In this document: positions 60,401 to 64,000 of the stretch, piece after piece | Position numbering within the stretch: the stretch's first letter is position 1 | Layout: each line of letters starts with the position of its first letter | Origin: a virus | Lineage: Duplodnaviria; Caudoviricetes | DNA length: 64,000 bases | Virus record (IMG/VR): IMGVR_UViG_3300049792_000048 | Location: 64,001-128,000 of that record | Reading direction: 5' to 3' (one strand) | Position numbers and translations under genes: made by a program | The notes under the pieces: generated by a model | What the model was told of the DNA's origin: nothing | What the model saw: the letters and a program-made list of their open reading frames with translations, nothing else | Database searches by the model: none

Positions 60401-61321
60401 TGCGTCTACGATGGCGCAGTGCTCAAGACCACGATCAACGGCGTGACGCATGTGCGAGCTGTTGCAGCATCCGTTGGCTACACCGGCGGGCACACACAGA
60501 TCGGGTACATGGGCCGCACCCTCTATCTCCAGGGTGCAGTCTGCGAGCCGATCGTCTACGACCGTGCTCTCACCAACGCTGAACTGGATGCGACGCAGGC
60601 ATACTTGCTCCAGCGTTGGCCGAGCGCTGTTGTCGCGCGTCCTGTGGCGCCACCAGTTGCAGGCTTCACACTCTGGACACCTCCGGAGGCACTCTCGGTC
60701 GCAGCCGGTGTCGTCGACTTCCAAGGCAACTTGGGGAGCGCAGGGGGCGCGTTCTCTGCACTCGGAGGGTTCTCAACCACCACGATCGACGGACACGTCG
60801 TCTCTCTGCTCGATGGTGTGGATGACACGTTGTCCGGCGGGCCAGCGGCGGTCTACGTCATCGATCCGGCTGGGCTTGCGTGGTCGATGTGGTGGGTCGT
60901 TCGAGCCGACGCGCTCATCGGGGCCGTGGGTCCGATCTACGACGGGGCGCAGATGCTCTCGGACATCGGCGGCAACTTCTCGCCCCTCGTCTTCGACGCG
61001 AATGGCGTGCGCACGGGATTCAATAGTCTCGCAACTGCACCCATCCCGATCTCCACCGGGGTCTTGTACCTCGCTCGCGTGACCTACGATGGTGCGACGC
61101 TATCTCTCACAATCAACGGCGTGACCGAAACGCTCTCCACATCTGCATCTGTATCCGGGCTCGGGTTCGCACTCGCTCAGCGCATGGGCGAGAACTACAA
61201 CGGCTCGGCGTTCTTCACGGGAGTGATCTGCGAGAGCGTCGGCTACCCGACGTATCTCTCGCCACCGAACCAGGCCCTCATCGATGCTTATTTCCGGGCA
61301 AAGTATCCCAGCGTAGTGTGA
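57458..61321 (+). CDS. Fibre/receptor-binding protein (anchor domain, carbohydrate-binding-like, Ig-like and repeated LamG/ConA-like domains)
   Basis: LLME..STNRLLFS, Ig-like PANSVAPILSG..GTW, repeats PPVAGFT.W.PPE..DGVDD..GAVCE.I.Y; weaker codon bias. Confidence 0.75.
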   Translation: MLKTLSATSAETLTRTLNGLVQGRRNLSQGIAVGPTASGLYKHPVAGLTLNFSTPVATVTFVGDLDLKQIVAAINSQVGAVVAHLYQLERSGTFVLALWDDATPVTLLHTGTANSYFGFSTTADDASLVQSPVDSDNIKSIRADNTGGYTCVFDAQATPFLDLTKGDFSRPLAAFGQVGASTDGLIAFLRLFDVDERRIEDRGDGFGRCLLMEKESTNRLLFSRDITNAVGWALPGAAAVTGNAGTSPDGTTSADRVVATGSTFSPGQSLTGLLANPHTLSAYGRAFSGTTDWETNYGPFPYTAWSGVITTIWVRKRETKATTGGNLYAEDGTLAGGPPLATAGDVLVDLWQAEDGPYATSPIPTNGAPATRPPDRFSHADGTYPPGFLTVGFDSPLVFGASSAELDESGETWVIAGSASGDTLHVIGVGGGACQFVLRTGGVDEVVAGPCTWSAAQAITVMTRIGAGEIEILGATTGNGTYTGGTGTAWASGNRFYVGGDSAGANNVGELRFIGVKIVQTAATPLPANSVAPILSGVVKTGNSLTITPGTWTRTPRLTYELLMGSSTRVGPGATQAEVEAYVLVVGDSYLPFTLIETAVVGATSVTSNALGYLYATPTGVTLKGQYDGSHFHLTLAGRIDKWLDQGGLGNELEQTDPGNMPVPAPGAGPNGLDAIDFSTFAGAATFVLKASLGLGPQVTVFTLVQTPGPNRYVHDGNVVDSRVLFYLAAGNAYNIYNGHVVLPILETTGDWVVDAAVFDGATSKHALDAGPIGTADAGGNNDAGFSYGRGDGGASNCLNSLASIAVVYVGAMSDADQIDVRYYMMGLGLLLGAEPPPVAGFTVWAPPEGISTSGGSVDSITNFGTSKTPFTATGSARPGTTVIDGKTVPLYDGVDDVMVGPPTSTTIQANAWTMAVVFRPDALGTAYGSYENAVQVICDDSGYWGPSAVTTDGVASGFYAGADKQTDPAPVSAGDVYIMFCVYDGAVLKTTINGVTHVRAVAASVGYTGGHTQIGYMGRTLYLQGAVCEPIVYDRALTNAELDATQAYLLQRWPSAVVARPVAPPVAGFTLWTPPEALSVAAGVVDFQGNLGSAGGAFSALGGFSTTTIDGHVVSLLDGVDDTLSGGPAAVYVIDPAGLAWSMWWVVRADALIGAVGPIYDGAQMLSDIGGNFSPLVFDANGVRTGFNSLATAPIPISTGVLYLARVTYDGATLSLTINGVTETLSTSASVSGLGFALAQRMGENYNGSAFFTGVICESVGYPTYLSPPNQALIDAYFRAKYPSVV
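57575..57603 (+). repeat. 29-bp exact direct repeat, copy 2
   Basis: Identical to 44842-44870. Confidence 0.85.
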
Positions 61322-61821
61322 TGCTCATCCTGCTCATCGCAGTGCTTCTCGCACTTCCAGCCTTCTTCATGTGGAGTGCTCTGCACGAGCTCTCCCACTA
61401 CCTGATGGCTCGTCGGTATCGGACGATCACGGAGGCCAGCTTCCGTCTCTATCCGCATGTCGAGGGATCGAACTTCGTGTTCGCATCTGTGCTCTGGGAG
61501 CATGACGGCGCACCGTTCACACCAGCTGAAGATGCTGCGATCTCCTTCGCCCCACGCATCCTCGACCTCCTTGCCGTGATCCTCACACCACTCGCCACAC
61601 TGATGCCGGAGCCGTGGCTGGCCACATCCTGGTGTGTCCTCATTGGTGCCGGCCTCGTCGATCTCTCCTATGGCAGCATCGGCTACACCGCGGCATCAGA
61701 TCTCCAGCGGTTCGCTATGGGTGGCGGACATAGCGTGTGGGTGGTGCGCATCATCGGGTGGGCTCTTGCCGTTTCAAGTGCAGCTCTCACCGTCGGCTTG
61801 CTGATCGCCCACTGGGCATAG
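61318..61821 (+). CDS. Membrane-embedded zincin/M50-like metalloprotease
   Basis: Four hydrophobic helices; LHELSH, ISFAP and SD motifs. Confidence 0.6.
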   Translation: MMLILLIAVLLALPAFFMWSALHELSHYLMARRYRTITEASFRLYPHVEGSNFVFASVLWEHDGAPFTPAEDAAISFAPRILDLLAVILTPLATLMPEPWLATSWCVLIGAGLVDLSYGSIGYTAASDLQRFAMGGGHSVWVVRIIGWALAVSSAALTVGLLIAHWA

Positions 61822-61843
61822 CAAAGCAACATCAAGCTCAGAG

Positions 61844-61868
61844 CAAAACAACGGCCCCTTTCGGGGCC
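61844..61868 (-). terminator. Intrinsic terminator
   Basis: GGCCCC-GAAA-GGGGCC followed by GTTGTTTTG on the - strand. Confidence 0.65.
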
Positions 61869-61925
61869 ACTCAATAGATTTCTCCATGCTTTGTGTTTGT
61901 GCGACCAAGAGCAAGGCTCTTTCCC

Positions 61926-61940
61926 CTACGTTTTTGATAG
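61926..61940 (-). promoter_or_regulatory. Putative phage early/middle promoter core CTATCA
   Basis: CCTATCAAAAACGTAG in an AT-rich intergenic region. Confidence 0.4.
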
Positions 61941-61964
61941 GTGATTTCAGGTAAATCTTGGGGG

Positions 61965-61994
61965 CAAAAAGAAGACGAACTGAGTTCATCTTCT
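61965..61994 (-). terminator. Intrinsic terminator
   Basis: AGAAGATGAAC-TCA-GTTCGTCTTCT-TTTT on the - strand after the 62001 gene. Confidence 0.7.
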
Positions 61995-62000
61995 CTCACA

Positions 62001-62528
62001 TCACTTCGCCGTCTCACCCGAGTCGTGCTCGGGTGGAAGCACTCGGACGATGCGATGACCTTCTTCGGAGAAGACCTCACCGAAGCAAGACAACTCCGCC
62101 CATGTCTCGAAACGTTCTGCGATCGTCATCGAGAACGTCCCCGTCGAGTTCTCCTTCATTCGCTCCACCAGATGAGGCCCTTCGAAGATGTGTGCCTCCG
62201 CAGCCACCAAGAAGAACATGTCGCTGAGGTCGATGGCATCCGGTGTCACTCCCTCGATATGCTCGATCTGCTCCTTGTTCCATGGCTGCTTGAGGGGATG
62301 CGAGGGCTTCGTCGTGTAGTAGTCGGACGTCCCCACACTCTTTGCTCGCTCGACTTGTCGCTCACACGCGACGGTGGAGAGTGACGACTCCATGCCCCTC
62401 TGCCGCAGATAGCGGTGTACATCTCCCTCCCTGAGCTCGGCGGTCAGGTAGCTGGTGACGATGGTGCTCCAGACGCGGAAACGGTACTCACCATCGTCGT
62501 CTTTTCGGCAGTGAATGATCTCGCCCAT
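62001..62528 (-). CDS. Hypothetical protein (moron-like unit)
   Basis: AAGGAG RBS, own promoter motif and terminator. Confidence 0.65.
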   Translation of the reverse strand: MGEIIHCRKDDDGEYRFRVWSTIVTSYLTAELREGDVHRYLRQRGMESSLSTVACERQVERAKSVGTSDYYTTKPSHPLKQPWNKEQIEHIEGVTPDAIDLSDMFFLVAAEAHIFEGPHLVERMKENSTGTFSMTIAERFETWAELSCFGEVFSEEGHRIVRVLPPEHDSGETAK

Positions 62529-62540
62529 GATGTGTCTCCT

Positions 62541-62555
62541 TCACTTCGCTGATAG
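62541..62555 (-). promoter_or_regulatory. Putative phage early/middle promoter CTATCAGCGAAGTGA
   Basis: Member of the motif family, directly before the RBS. Confidence 0.55.
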
Positions 62556-62567
62556 GTCGAAATGCGC

Positions 62568-62573
62568 TAGGAT
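62568..62573 (+). promoter_or_regulatory. -10 element (TAGGAT), leaderless
   Basis: 6 nt before ATG 62580. Confidence 0.5.
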
Positions 62574-62579
62574 CGCGAC

Positions 62580-64000
62580 ATGCCCTTCCAGAGCAAGGCA
62601 CAGCAACGCAAGTTCTTCGCGATGGAAGCGGAGGGGAAGCTTCCCAAGGGGACTGCGATCGCTTGGGCTCATGAAACCAAGGACATCAAGGCGCTGCCGG
62701 AGAAGGTCGGCTGTGGAGACATGATCCAGTACTTCCACGACCACCCCGACAAGCTCCGCGAGAAGAAAGAACGGGACCGGAAGAAGGAGTCGAACTTCAA
62801 GTTGCACGGTGAGCGGGAGTTCCGCGGTCTCGACATCGCGATCGAGAACAAGAAGGGGACGAAGCGCTCCTGGTACGATCCGCACGGCAAGGAGAAGGGG
62901 TCAACCTTCATGCACTACGACTATGGTTACATCCGGCTCACTGAGGGCACGGATGGGGACCACGTCGATGTGTATATCGGGCCGTGGGGAGATGCGCCGG
63001 ACGTCTTCATCATCGACCAGATGAAGAAGCCCGATGGGGAGATCAAGAAGGACGGCGTCGCCTGGACGAAGTTCGATGAGCAGAAGGTAATGCTCGGCTT
63101 CAAGGACGAGGCGACGGCAAAGGCTGCATACCTCAAGCAGTACAACGACCCTCGGTTCTTCGGCTCGATCAAGGCCATGAACTTCGAGGAGTTCAAGATG
63201 AAGGTGTTGGACAAGGACAATCACGGTCAGAAGATCGCACTCGCGATCTCACCGACAGCGATCAGCCACCTCGGCCATGCCGGAGTGGGTGCAGGCATCG
63301 GCGCCGTCGCCGGCGGTCTCGGTGGCATGATGCACGCCGATGCAGGCCAGCGTCAGCAGGGAGCCCTCCGTGGAGCTCTTGTTGGAGCTGGGCTTGGTGC
63401 CGCCGGCGGCGCAGGCATCTCTGCGCTCAAGACGCAGGGGGCTCACCAGCTCAACACGCTCCGAGCTCAGGCAGGTTCGGCGGAGCTCGCAGCTCGTGAA
63501 GCCCACCAGGTCGCCGGCAAGACGATCGCAGACCCAGCTCTGGCGGGCACCATGCATGCTGGAGCTCCGGCAGCTCTCGGACGCAGCACAGCCGCGGCTC
63601 GTCCCGGTGTCGCCGGCGGAGCAGGTGGTGGGGGCGGCCTCGCTCTCAACACCCAGCAGAAGCAGGTCATGTCCCCCACGGCCTGGGGTGGCTCCTCTGC
63701 GTCCATGAAGCCCGAGCTCGCTCAGTCGATCGCTGCTTCCCGTGGCGGCCAGGCAGAGGCACTGAGGCGGGCAGCAGGGACCCTCGAACAGCAGCACGCC
63801 GCGATGAACAAGGGGCTGAACCGTGCCGGCCTCGTCGGGGCTGCCGCGGGCACCGGCTTGATGGGGTACATGGCGGTGCCTCACCAGTACGGTGGCGTCA
63901 GTCCGGGCAAGCAGGCCTCGGAAGATCCCCGCACCTCACGCATCGCAGATCGCATCGACGACGTCGGCATCGCGACGCTCGCCTCACCCTATCTCGCTGA
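62580..64000 (+). CDS. Modular virion polyprotein (partial; not in ORF track): MPFxSKAQ module, inorganic pyrophosphatase-like (InPase) domain, Gly-rich membrane modules
   Basis: Manual translation MPFQSKAQQRKFFAM..LPEKVG..KKES-NFKLHG..IENKKGTKR..DYGYI..TEGTDGDHVDVYIG..FDEQKVMLGF..QKIA-LAIS..GAGIGAVAGG..GKQA; open to the window end. Confidence 0.8.
   Translation, partial: MPFQSKAQQRKFFAMEAEGKLPKGTAIAWAHETKDIKALPEKVGCGDMIQYFHDHPDKLREKKERDRKKESNFKLHGEREFRGLDIAIENKKGTKRSWYDPHGKEKGSTFMHYDYGYIRLTEGTDGDHVDVYIGPWGDAPDVFIIDQMKKPDGEIKKDGVAWTKFDEQKVMLGFKDEATAKAAYLKQYNDPRFFGSIKAMNFEEFKMKVLDKDNHGQKIALAISPTAISHLGHAGVGAGIGAVAGGLGGMMHADAGQRQQGALRGALVGAGLGAAGGAGISALKTQGAHQLNTLRAQAGSAELAAREAHQVAGKTIADPALAGTMHAGAPAALGRSTAAARPGVAGGAGGGGGLALNTQQKQVMSPTAWGGSSASMKPELAQSIAASRGGQAEALRRAAGTLEQQHAAMNKGLNRAGLVGAAAGTGLMGYMAVPHQYGGVSPGKQASEDPRTSRIADRIDDVGIATLASPYLA

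Overview
This window is part of a large, GC-rich, contractile-tailed (myovirus-type) bacteriophage genome. No host-like gene cluster, tRNA, rRNA or CRISPR array was seen. The + strand carries virion genes: portal, baseplate spike, terminase, HK97-type prohead protease, scaffold-like proteins, major capsid protein (MCP), neck, sheath, tube and fibre. It also carries a 2065-aa single-chain beta/beta' RNA polymerase and four free-standing HNH-like endonucleases. Four - strand islands hold replication and accessory genes: primase, DnaB-like helicase, degenerate UDG, SF2 helicase, MoxR-AAA/VWA-metallopeptidase and an orphan gyrB. The most striking unexplained signal is a K-x-A (sometimes K-x-S/G) tripeptide. 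It saturates about 20 head-associated proteins, occurs once in the MCP (residues 21-23), ends short N-terminal 'F-x-D-E-L-x-K-x-A'-like leaders, and lies at the domain borders of modular polyproteins carrying ferritin-like, pyrophosphatase-like and Gly-rich membrane modules. My interpretation is a capsid-targeting and protease-release cargo system run by the adjacent prohead protease. A second signal is two promoter classes: a CTATCA-N3-5-GATG-like motif heading the - strand islands, and sigma70-like leaderless promoters heading the virion and RNAP genes. All calls come from reading motifs by eye; no database searches were run.
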